Below, in pieces: positions 48,747-59,928 of a DNA stretch of 64,000 nt (positions are counted from its first letter, which is position 1; every line of letters begins with the position of its first letter). Where the stretch lies: positions 3,258 to 67,257 of the forward strand of contig WELA01003638.1 of the NCBI GenBank assembly GCA_009602735.1, given 5' to 3'. Origin of the DNA: Mesotaenium endlicherianum (lineage: Eukaryota). The notes beneath the pieces are model-generated. The model had not been told where the DNA came from, searched no databases, and was given only the letters and a program-made list of their open reading frames with translations. Both the position numbers and the translations under genes were made by a program.

Positions 48747-49468
48747 TGAAATGAATCGACTTACCAATAAGCGATTAACAATTGATAAAAGATCTTTATA
48801 TCAGTAAGTAATCTCCATGGTCGTTCTGTTAACGGATTTAATAGCAAAAAAACAATAGCCTAGCAGTGAATAATACTCACAGGTCAAATGGAAGTAAACG
48901 TGCATCAATCATACAATCAGTAGACTTATACATAAGCAAGGTTAGAAGACAGTTCGCATCAATGGCTTCTCGCCTTGGATTCAGATATCTCTCAGTAAGC
49001 TACACAAAAGAGTTGGTCTCGTTTTCGAATGCCGATCTCGAGAGCAATACCTAGCATATGTACATGGAATGAGTTTACTGTTCAACGGCAAGTGCAATGG
49101 CATCGCCTACCCGGGAGTTAACCACGTTGGTAAGACCTCGGCTAACCAAATCCACAGCCATCTCCCATCATCTCGAATCGCCATCCACCCAAGAGGTGTC
49201 ATCTGGCACACCACACTCAGATGGAAAACTAGGTAGTTTGCTGCTACCAAGTATGGCAGTCAGCTGACTGTCAAAGAATGTGTCAGCAAGCTGACCTAAG
49301 TCAACAAGTTGACCTAGTTGACTTCAACCTACTGCTTCCGACTGAGTTATTAAATTAAGTATTAAACATGTAGCAGACTTAATATTAACTGAAGTTCTGC
49401 AGGCTGAACTTATTTTACTATTATATCTAAATGAATATTATATATATATTACACACTGATTCATTACA
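48747..49468 (-). mobile_element. Family A solo LTR
   Basis: Reverse complement of the A LTR; flanks acatc/atttc (weak TSD). Confidence 0.88.
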
Positions 49469-49849
49469 ATTTCATACCAGTGGGATCTCTTCTTTGAAAC
49501 TCCTTAACTCTAAATCTTCTACGATACAATGAGAGGGAAAATCTTTAAGCGTCGGCAGAAGCAAGGCCTCTCTGCTCTCCTGTGACCTTGGGAACTTCTT
49601 CTTCTTCGCGCTTCTTCTTCTCCTCTCCTTTTTGCTCCTGCGCTCCTTTCTGCCTTTTGGCAAAATGTGAGGGCAAGAATGGAGCAAGTTCGTGCAATGC
49701 TCGTGCCTTTCCCAGGCACCACGCATGCCATCGTCTCTTGAGAATGCCAACGCTTAATCACAGCGTTTGGTTTGCGTGCCACTCTTGCGTTGTCACCCCA
49801 CAACCTAATTGAATAATCGTCGTTTAGCATGCATGCACGCCTACTGACT

Positions 49850-50289
49850 GTCGCGCGTGATTGCTTGACTTCTTAGTCAGCGGTCACGCCTATGTGGCCC
49901 GTGGCTTGTGACGCCCGAGGTGGATGCCTAACTTGTGGCCGTCACACAAGGGTCCTAGCCGAGGTGGAACACATCGCCTTACAGCTTTCCTAACGTGGCA
50001 TTGCCAGGTTGGCTACCCAGTCAGTGTTGCCTTACTGGCATCTGCTGTCATGGGCCATCGCTAGCCTCAAGCAATTTAGCTTTTCAGCTGACTTGTCTGT
50101 CAAAACCCCACCCATTGTTGAGTGTCAATTTGACCCGTCACAGTCACTCTTTCCAGTGACGCCGACCGTGGTGAAACCAGTCTTTTTGTCGGTAAGTCAA
50201 TGCTGACCTGCCGTACTTGGGCGGCCGTGACTTGTGCGGCGCGTGTGGCGCCGTCAAACGGATAGTAGTCGCGACATATATGCCTAGTG
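49850..50289. mobile_element. Possible CACTA transposon end with subterminal repeats
   Basis: Ends in tagtg (CACTA on the minus strand); recurring ccgtg(a/g)cttgtg and ccgtca motifs; partner end not found. Confidence 0.3.
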
Positions 50290-51576
50290 CAATTTAAGGC
50301 AAAGTTGGAGGGTAGATTTTTGTTAGTTTTGAGACTTTTTGAAGCTGGTAAAAGCTGGTAGAAGCATAATTCGTATTTTTATCTATAGGCAAAAGCCAGC
50401 GGTAACCGTGCTGTTGTGCCGCAGTGCTGCAGCTGGCCGCAGCATTGCATTATGTAGCAGCAGCCCGGTTGTCATGGCCGATCGAAGGGCTGTTGATGGC
50501 TGTCCATCGATCTCGATAAGCACTCAAGACCGGCTATGCGACTCATGTCGGCACGTCATTGGCAGAACATAAAGTCAGAGTCGATTATTCGTCGACTGTG
50601 TTTCTGGCCTCTTTGCAGCGTGATAGTGCTTCATGCAAAACTCGATGCCTGATGTGTAAATGTTATCAACAGAGGCCACGTCGGCTGTAATTATTGTTGT
50701 CCGGTTGCATCCTGATACCATATCCAACCATATCCTTCGCCTATATCAGCCTGCGTCCGGGATATTTTTGGGAGGCTTTCGTTTTGAGCCAAATTGATCC
50801 AGAAAAGGAGCACGTAGGGTACAGTTTAACAGTGGCCTCCTCCGAAACGATATAGATTGTCCATATCGATGCACGTGTTTGGGTTGTCAAAATCTAGCAT
50901 AGACCTCTGCACAAAAATTCCAGACTTTCAAGGACCGATACATCAATATACTCAAATATACTGATGCACTGATGCATCCACGATAAAACAATACAACGAT
51001 GGACTCACCATTGCCTGGTGTCCAGGTGAAATTTGGTGAAAGTGGAGTAAAATGGAGTGAAATATGCATGGAAATGCACGGCACACGCCTGTTATCCGAG
51101 ATTTTTCACAGCCAATATCCGACATTGCTCCACTCCAGCTCGAAGTGGAGGTTACTTCATTCGTCATATCTGGTCATATCACTGGGTATCGAATCGCACA
51201 TGGCAGTACTAAGGGTTTTTTTCTAGTAGTCTTGTCGCTGAGAGCCCTAGGCGTTGGTAGTGAATTAATTTCTGTCATTTTCTTGCCTTCAGGGTAGACC
51301 AGTGTTCCACGAGGATCACAACACTCCTGTGAGGATTGAAAGTGTGGACTTTGAATTTCGAAGGGTTGTGAAGTCTGTTGTTGTGAGGGTACTGGTGTGC
51401 GTATATAAGCATTTGTGTATGTACTGCGAGGTCCCAGCTCCGTTTCTCAACTTTCAGATATAGGCCAGTGTGAGAAGCGAACGTACTGCGAGTTGCAATA
51501 TTTGCAGCGAGAGGGTTTGTCGGTGTCTGCGGAAGCTGTGGTGTAGGGATGATAGCTCTTGCTTCCGCATAGGCCA

Positions 51577-52761
51577 ATGGCAGCATGCACAATCGTGTGG
51601 TTTAGACGGGATCTTCGGCTGGAAGATAACCCAGCCCTGATCGCAGCAGCTAGGTTAGGAACCGTCATACCAGTCTTCGTCTGGTCGCCAGAGGAAGAGG
51701 GCCAATTTTACCCGGGCAGGGTTTCAAGATGGTGGCAGAAGCAGAGCTTGATTCATCTAGATGCCACCCTTCGCGCCTTGGGAACCCCCCTCATCATGCG
51801 CAAGGCCCGCAACACGCTTGCAGTCTTGCTAGAGATTATTCACGCCACAGGGGCCAACCAGGTGTTCTATAACCATCTCTATGGTGAGTGTCTTCAGAAG
51901 TTCCTGTGTCTGCGGCCGGAATTAGGTCATGTGTGTGAGCAAGGTGCAATGATGTTCCATGCTATCGACTTCCCTTGAGCACCATGTACTGTCCACTGGG
52001 ATTGATCGAGGGTCATCATCTGGTGGAGAAGACTAGTTCCTTCCTTGCGTGTGGTGCCCATCTTCCGAGCTGCGGGTTCCGAGTGACTTGGACGACATGC
52101 AGCGCATGCAGCCTGCTTCTTTGCTGCGTTTATCCCGGCAGCTCCATGTCGCAGTGGGTCAGCCCAGTGTGTTAGGTTACGTGTGTCAACTTGATGCTGT
52201 GTAGTCTAGGTCACAACGCTGAACGTAAGGACGTGCGTTCAAGGTTCCGGTGGAGCATGCTCCATTCCACCCGGCAGCCTTGGCACCGCACTAGCTGCCA
52301 GGCAGAAGTCTGACGGGTCTACATCCTGCCCGTCTGCTCCCTTTCTGTCCGTCTGTCTGTCTGCCTGCTCTCTGTGTCTGCCCCCGCAGACCCGGTGTCG
52401 CTGGTGCGGGACCACAAGGTGAAGCAGGGGCTGGGGCAGCATGGCGTGATAGTGCACACGTTCAACGCGGACCTGCTGTATGAGCCCTGGGAGGTGTATG
52501 ACGACGACGGGCAGGCGTTTACGACGTTCGACGCCTTCTGGAGCAAGTGCCTCAACATGCCGTTTGAGCCCGACCCCCCCCACCTGGCGCCCAAGCGCCT
52601 GCTTGGCCCTCCAGGTACGGGGGCGGCAGCGGAGGCGGCAGTTGTGCTTGCCTCGTATATGTGTGTGCGTGTGTGTTTTCTTGGTGTCTCTCTGCTCGCA
52701 GATCTGGCAGGACAGTCAAGTTGCAAAGTAGGGACTATAGTGGGGTGTGGCAGGCGTGTCG

Positions 52762-52794
<33 letters not shown>

Positions 52795-55341
52795 GGATGA
52801 TGATGATGATGATGACGACAATAGGGATGCTACCCTTGCATGCTGCTGCTGCTGCTTGCCTCCCTCCCTCCTTGCTTTGATCCTGTGCGCATGCGGGTGG
52901 CACTCGGTGTGCAGCAAGGGATGCAGGCAGGAGGCAGAGATCTGGGCATGTGGCACGTCCCTCCTTTCCCTGTGCTGTCTGACATGGCAGGGCATTTAGG
53001 TGTGCAAGATGAGCAGCACGTGTGTGCGTGCATATGCGTGCGCTTGAGGTGCGCGGCAGCAATCTCGAAGATGTCCAGGCAGAAGTCTGAGAATTGTGGT
53101 CTATGGGGCCTGGGGGCGGGATGCGGGGGAGCAGTGCGGCTGGCGAGCCTGACGGCAGACGAGCTGGGGCTGGAGGACCAGCAGGAGAAGGCGAGCAACG
53201 CGCTGCTGGCGCGCGCGTGGGTGCCTGGGTGGAGCAACGCGGACCGCGCGCTGGACGCGTTTTTGCGCGGCCCGCTGGCGGAGTACGCCGCGCACCGCTC
53301 CAAGGCCGACTGCGCCACCACGTCGCTGCTGTCGCCGCACATGCACTTTGGCGAGATCAGCGCGCGCAAGATCTTCCACGAGGCGCGCAAGCTGCAGCTG
53401 CAGTGGGGCCGCGACGGCGGCGGCGGCGGCGGGGCCGGGGCGGAGAGCGTGGACATGTTCCTGCGCGCCATCGGGTTCCGCGAGTACTCGCGCTACCTGA
53501 GCTTCAACTTCCCCTTCACGCACGAGCGCTCGCTCCTGGCCAACCTGAAGTCGTTCCCGTGGCGCGTGGACGAGCACGTGTTCAAGGCGTGGCGCCAGGG
53601 CCGCACGGGCTACCCGCTGATCGACGCCGGCATGCGCGAGCTGTGGGCCACGGGCTGGCTGCACAACCGCATTCGCATCATGGTGTCCAGCTTCTGCGTC
53701 AAGTTCCTGCAGCTGCCGTGGCGCTGGGGCATGAAGTACTTTTGGGACACGCTGCTGGACGCCGACCTCGAGTGTGATGTGCTCGGCTGGCAGTACATTT
53801 CCGGCTCGCTGCCCGACGGCCACGAGCTCGACCGCATGGAGAACCCCGAGGTGCGACCCTGGGCATGCTCTCTCCCCCCCTTCTCTCTCGCTCTCTCTCT
53901 CTCTGGGGGGAGATGCTCAGATGCACGTGTGCGCTGACTCGTGGGCCTAGCGTGCCCGCCAGCAGCAGCAACGGCAGCAGCTAGGGTTCCTGTGGCTGCA
54001 GCTGCTGCTTTCTCTCACAGCTGAGGTGGGGTGGCGTCTGTCCTTGTCCGTGCCTGGTGTGCTGGTGTGGCGCAACGTGATCCGACGTACCAGAAAAGCT
54101 CAAGCCAGCAGCTGATGTGCGTGCGTGCGTGGGTGCACGAGGGCGTGCAGGTGGAGGGGTACAAGTACGACCGCGAGGGCGAGTACGTGCGCCGGTGGCT
54201 GCCGGAGCTGTCGCGCGTGCCCACCGAGTGGATCCACCACCCGTGGGAGGCGCCCGCGCATGTGCTCGGCGCGGCCGGCGTGGAGATCGGCGTCAACTAC
54301 CCCTACCCCATCGTGGACGTGGCCACCGCGCGCGAGCGCCTGCAGGAGGCCCTCTCAGAGATGTGGGAGCGTGAGGCCGCGCTCAAGGCTGCCGCCATCA
54401 ACGGCGTCGAGGAGGGCCTGGGCGAGACCATGGAGGTGCCTGGCACCGGCGGCCCTGGTCACGAGCGCATGCAGGTGCATCGCGCCGTTGTGTGGCCGCG
54501 CGCGGGCGCGGCTGGGGCCGCTGGCGAAGGCGGGGACGGGGGCGCGGCAGAGGGCGGCGGCGAGGGGGTGGGGGGGCATGAGGCGCGCGCGCCGCGAGCG
54601 CACGCGGAGGTGGAGCTGTCGACGAGCTCGCGGCGCGACCAGATGGTGCCGACGATGCCGAGCGAGCGCGCGCAGGCGGCCGCACAGTCTATCCTCAACC
54701 GCTCCTACGGGCCGGCCCGGGCGCCCCCCCTGGAGGAGGGCGCTCAGCCACCCTCGCCCTCAGACTCCTCATCTGACGACGCCATGCTGGGCAACTCGCC
54801 TACTGCCGACGCCTCGCCCTCGCCGCCAGCTGGCGGCAGCGGCGGCGGCCAAGGGGTGTCAGCTTTGGGGGGGCTTGGTGGCCTGGGGGCGACATCGCCA
54901 GCCTCCGGCGCTTCTCCATCGGCTCCGGCTCCAGCAGCAGAGCCTGCTGCTGGCCTTTGTCGGGGTGCTCGCCAGGTGGCGGTGGAGGGCAAAAGCAAGC
55001 GCTTGAACTCGGACATGGACTCCACTGCCGAGTCGTCGGCGCCGTGCCTGAGGTACGACAGCCGGGCGCTTCCTCTGCCGTCGGGCGCGGTGCCCGTATG
55101 GTCCCAGTCAGCGGCAGCACGGGACGACACGTCGCCCACGCGGTCGAATCAGTCGCCGATAATGATGCCGGCGGAGTCGCTGGGCGTCGTGCCCTCCGTG
55201 CCCGCGCCTCATCCGCCCGAGGGGCGGCGTCACCTCACCCGCCGCAATGCCAACCCCCCCGCTGCCACCACCGCCACCACCACCAACAACAACCTCCTGC
55301 ATCCCGCCCCAAACCTCAACACTATTCCTGGCCCCTCTAAG
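51577..55341 (+). CDS. CRY: Plant-type cryptochrome; exons 51577-51883, 52390-52614, 53135-53850, 54151-~55341 (3' end unresolved)
   Basis: TIVWFRRDLRLEDNPAL; TSLLSPHMHFGEIS; WRQGRTGYPLIDAGMRELWATGWLHNR; DADLECDVLGWQY; C-terminal DQMVP, STAESS and GAVPVWS. GT-AG introns with consistent phases 1, 1, 0. Confidence 0.95.
52762..52816 (+). repeat. (GAT)n microsatellite in CRY intron 2
   Basis: About 18 GAT units with one interruption. Confidence 0.95.
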
Positions 55342-55348
55342 GTACCAC

Positions 55349-55349
<1 letters not shown>

Positions 55350-55438
<89 letters not shown>
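55350..55438 (+). repeat. Poly-C run (~89 nt)
   Basis: Directly visible; an N follows shortly after. Confidence 0.9.
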
Positions 55439-57823
55439 TGGGGCCTNCCTCCCCGGGCCCATCCCTTGTGCCCATTTTGTCTCCTGCTGCTGCCGCTGCA
55501 AAAGTGCCCCGCCAACCTTGGCTTGGCCAGTGGCCAGCACTTCAGAGTGTCGCTGTCTTTTGGCGGGCAGCCTTTGCCATCCTCTGTCATTTGGGTTTGT
55601 TGTGCGCCGGAGGCAGGCCCTGAGAGGCCTGTGGGGGCGGTAGTTGTTGTATCCATGCTTTGGTTATAGCATCAGGGCTCCTTCCTCTCTTGTCGTCGTC
55701 TGTGCTAGCTTGCTCGCAGTACATCAGTCAGCTGCTGCCCGCGAACTACTGTCCGCAGTGCCCCTGCTGCAGCTGCTCTTCTGAGCCCTGGGGCATGCAC
55801 AGCTGTCGAGTGCTGCAGTGGGATTGACATTGTCCACTTGTGGAACTCTCTCTCTGTCTTCTCTCTCTTTCTATCTCGCTTTCTGATGCGGCAGGCCAGC
55901 TCGGTATCTGCCTAGGACTCGTCTTGAGGAAGAACCGCTGTGTCATCACACTATGAGATGACAGCAGCAACATAGCGAGCTAGGAGGTCTCTCCTTCTCT
56001 TGTCCTACCTCTTAGGACTTCCCCTTCCCTCCCCCCGATCTGTCCCGGAGTCCAGCAGGAAGACATCCATGGGATGCGTGGCGTGGACTTGCTAGTGTAG
56101 TACTGGAGTATTGTGGAGTGTGTACGACGAGAAGAGCATCGTCTCATTTTGGCGTGGTGTGTGGTGGTTGAGGATGAGCATTGCTGCCATCGTCGTCGTT
56201 GCTTCCTGAAGCGCGTGCGCTGCACCCGGGCGAGGCTGGCTCCTGACTTCTTCTGATGGCTCACAGGCAGCAGCTCCGCCTCATGCTGTCGCCTTTCCTT
56301 TTGCGCATCCTGCGTAGTCTCAGCAGCAGCAGCAGCAGCCGCAGCAGCATGATGAATAGTCGTAGTAGTAGCTCAGAGTTGCTGTACCCATCCTGGAGCA
56401 TGCATGCTCTTTTTGGAGCCCCATCGTGGCACTTCAGTGGTCAGCCTAGGCCAGCCTTAGGCTCCCTCCCCATAGCCTGAGCATGTGGAGTGCAGAATTG
56501 GGTCCGCATTATTAGGGCACGTAGTCATGGAGCAAGGGCTGGTAAGGTCTCCGAGGTCTGTTGGCCGCCACATGTGTCGGTTGATGGAACCTGGTTTAGG
56601 GATAGCGGTTCTTTTTATTCTTACATATGTAGATAACAAGTAGGCTTCATTTGAGTGTGAATATGTGATAAGTATACAGTGGGTTGTTAGGAGAGACGCT
56701 TTGAGTGGTTTCAATGCAGCTTGTTATGGTCTTGAATTTGTTTTCTGTGCTGCTTCTGGTTATTGCTTTCAAGTATGTGGGCTTTGCTTGATATGCAACT
56801 GCACTTGTCTTTTATCTTCTGCATGCAAATTGTGGCACACTCTGGATTCAAACTTGTCTGGTACATATACTTTTTAACATAGGCTTAGTTTTGTCTGAGC
56901 ACTTGTCACTATGCTCAGTGAGATGGGCACGAAGTCGTACGCCTTCAAAATTGTAATCCCAAGCCTCAGATTTATCTAATCATTACTGGGAGTGTCTTTC
57001 AACAAGGAGCCTGCAAGCACGACTCCACTTCTTTGACTGACTGACGTAACATATCTGGGAGTTTTGACAAGAACATTCAATCAAATAATCAGAGCTCACA
57101 CAATTGTAGCTAGCTTTGAACCTGTTGTATATTACTGCAAAACTTACTTGAGCTAGAAGTCGCTATAAGAAAAACAACAGACTTGGCAAGCTCAGCTGAA
57201 TGAGATCATGAGTATGGTTGCATTTCAACTCTATGCAAAGAGTATTTTCTGTTTGGCTTCAGGTTAAGAGCTTGGTTTGACAATTTGATATCAACTTGTT
57301 TGATTTCAAAAGAAAAGGTGATAATAGAATGTATAGTAGGAATAGTAACGTGCTACAATGCGCGTGGTCTCTTCTTGTCTAATCCTCTCTAAGTCTAGCT
57401 ATTATTTGCTAACATTCATATCTACCTGACTCTAGTAAGACAACTCTATGTAATCTTCTAAAGTGCTTGGTCAATAACTGCGCCAATTGATGTACAATCG
57501 TACGAGGATGTGACTTTTTGCAAAAGCCAAAATGATGCTATTGCTGTGTCAGAGGTGTTCACCGGATATTCTCTGCAGGTTAATGCCAATCGACATTTGA
57601 AGTACCTAACAAAAGAAAACACCACTATCGTGCATGGCTGTTACTGGTGGCTAATACAAAGAGCTGAGGCTTCTTCCTGACCCCTTGCAACTCGAAGTGT
57701 GGTGGTTAGAGGGGTGGGTGGGTGAGTAAGAGTAGTAGCTTACTTTCTGCTGCAACATTGCAGGAGGCTGCAATTTAGAGGAGTTTAGGTGGGTCGAGCG
57801 AGAGCTGGCAAGTGTTGAAAATT

Positions 57824-59488
57824 GAAGGTTTGCGACATGAAATGTCGCAAACCAAAGTTTGACAAGTGTTCAAATTTGATCGATTTCACACGTGTTGTGT
57901 CTCATCGAAACCCTCATAAGGCTTCTCGTTGCAAAGAAGCCTCATTGCAGCAGGAAAGTAGTTGCTACACATACCCACCCACCCACCCCTCTAACCCTCC
58001 ACTCCACTGGGAGAGGCACGAGGGGGGCAACGAAGTTGGTGCCAGCAATAGTGTTCAAATTTGATCGATTTCACACGTGTTGTGTCTCATCGAAACCCTC
58101 ATAAGGCTTCTCGTTGCAAAGAAGCCTCATTGCAGCAGGAAAGTAGTTGCTACACATACCCACCCACCCACCCCTCTAACCCTCCACTCCACTGGGAGAG
58201 GCACGAGGGGGGCAACGAAGTTGGTGCCAGCAATAGTGTTCAAATTTGATCGATTTCACACGTGTTGTGTCTCATCGAAACCCTCATAAGGCTTCTCGTT
58301 GCAAAGAAGCCTCATTGCAGCAGGAAAGTAGTTGCTACACATACCCACCCACCCACCCCTCTAACCCTCCACTCCACTGGGAGAGGCACGAGGNNNNNNN
58401 NNNNNNNNNNNNNNNNNNNNNNNNNNNNNNNNNNNNNNNNNNNNNNNNNNNNNNNNNNNNNNNNNNNNNNNNNNNNNNNNNNNNNNNNNNNNNNNNNNNN
58501 NNNNNNNNNNNNNNNNNNNNNNNNNNNNNNNNNNNNNNNNNNNNNNNNNNNNNNNNNNNNNNNNNNNNNNNNNNNNNNNNNNNNNNNNNNNNNNNNNNNN
58601 NNNNNNNNNNNNNNNNNNNNNNNNNNNNNNNNNNNNNNNNNNNNNNNNNNNNNNNNNNNNNNNNNNNNNNNNNNNNNNNNNNNNNNNNNNNNNNNNNNNN
58701 NNNNNNNNNNNNNNNNNNNNNNNNNNNNNNNNNNNNNNNNNNNNNNNNNNNNNNNNNNNNNNNNNNNNNNNNNNNNNNNNNNNNNNNNNNNNNNNNNNNN
58801 NNNNNNNNNNNNNNNNNNNNNNNNNNNNNNNNNNNNNNNNNNNNNNNNNNNNNNNNNNNNNNNNNNNNNNNNNNNNNNNNNNNNNNNNNNNNNNNNNNNN
58901 NNNNNNNNNNNNNNNNNNNNNNNNNNNNNNNNNNNNNNNNNNNNNNNNNNNNNNNNNNNNNNNNNNNNNNNNNNNNNNNNNNNNNNNNNNNNNNNNNNCA
59001 GGAAGGTAGCTGCTACACATACCCACCCACCCACCCCTCTAACCCTCCACTCCACTGGGAGAGGCACGAGGCAGGCAATGAAGTTGGTGCCAGCAATAGT
59101 CTTCGCCATGCACGATAGTGTGGTTGTTGTTATTAGTGTTACAATATGTTTTGTCGATTGGAAGTAACCAACGGCGGCGATTCGACGGACAACCTCAACA
59201 CAGCAAGAGTGCAGCTGCCAATCCATAGTGTTGTTTAGGAGCTGGAACATAGTTGTTTTGACCTCTTTTGTATTGTTCTTAATTAGTCAAGTACAGATAA
59301 GCGTAGCAGCATGTAGGAAAGGACTAGACAAGAACAGACGACGCGCAATTTGTAGCATACTACTACTACTATTCTTTCTAAAATCACCTTCTTTCTTTCG
59401 AAATCAGGCAATTAGAACACAAACTGTCAAATTGACAATTTCACACTCGTCAAACTTTGGTTTGCGACATTTCAAGTTACAAACCTTC
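57824..59488. mobile_element. Non-autonomous inverted-repeat element enclosing a tandem array
   Basis: ~50-bp imperfect TIRs (gaaggtttg...gaaatgtcgcaaaccaaagtttgac); TT on both flanks; spans the N gap. Confidence 0.7.
57865..59100 (+). repeat. 185-bp tandem repeat: nearly three identical units, a gap (58394-58998), then a diverged partial unit
   Basis: Identical ORFs recur at 57892, 58077 and 58262 (offset 185). Confidence 0.9.
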
Positions 59489-59928
59489 TTGTCTGCAGCA
59501 TTGTGTTGTTCCTACATGCAACATTTTCTTCATTGTTCACACAATTGCCTTAGAGGCAGACAGTAAGGCACAGTTCTCTAAGCCAATTTGCATAGACGCG
59601 ACTTGCTGGATGCTTAAGTGGAGACGCCTTTGATATACATCTACGTACATTCATGTTTCACTCTACCATAGACAGTTGCCTCCTGAGAAACAACACTAAA
59701 TCAAGAAAAAGATAATCATAAGAGCCCAAATCATAAAAACATATATCAACCCAAACACTCATTAAACAACCAGTGCTTTCAAGTCCAGACCGCATACAAG
59801 CATAATGGACCTTCTTTCCAAAATACCAAAGAGTAACACCCAACATGCCAGCTAACACGTCCACAAGCTACGCCAGAAGCTGAGCGTGATACAACTTGGA
59901 GGCCCTAAACAGCTCTAAACTAAGACGC

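Noticed and set aside
50235..50288. Helitron 3' end (hairpin plus CTAG)
   Set aside because: The hairpin is weak and too far from the CTAG, and no 5' end was found.
53094..55006. Alternative-frame and antisense ORFs over CRY exons
   Set aside because: Expected from very high GC at third codon positions.
55342..55623. Polyproline/polyglycine ORFs at the CRY 3' end
   Set aside because: They arise from a poly-C run just after a likely donor (AAG|GTACC); the homopolymer length is unreliable and an N is adjacent.
58246..59250. Long ORFs of 221-312 aa
   Set aside because: Artefacts of translating through the N gap.
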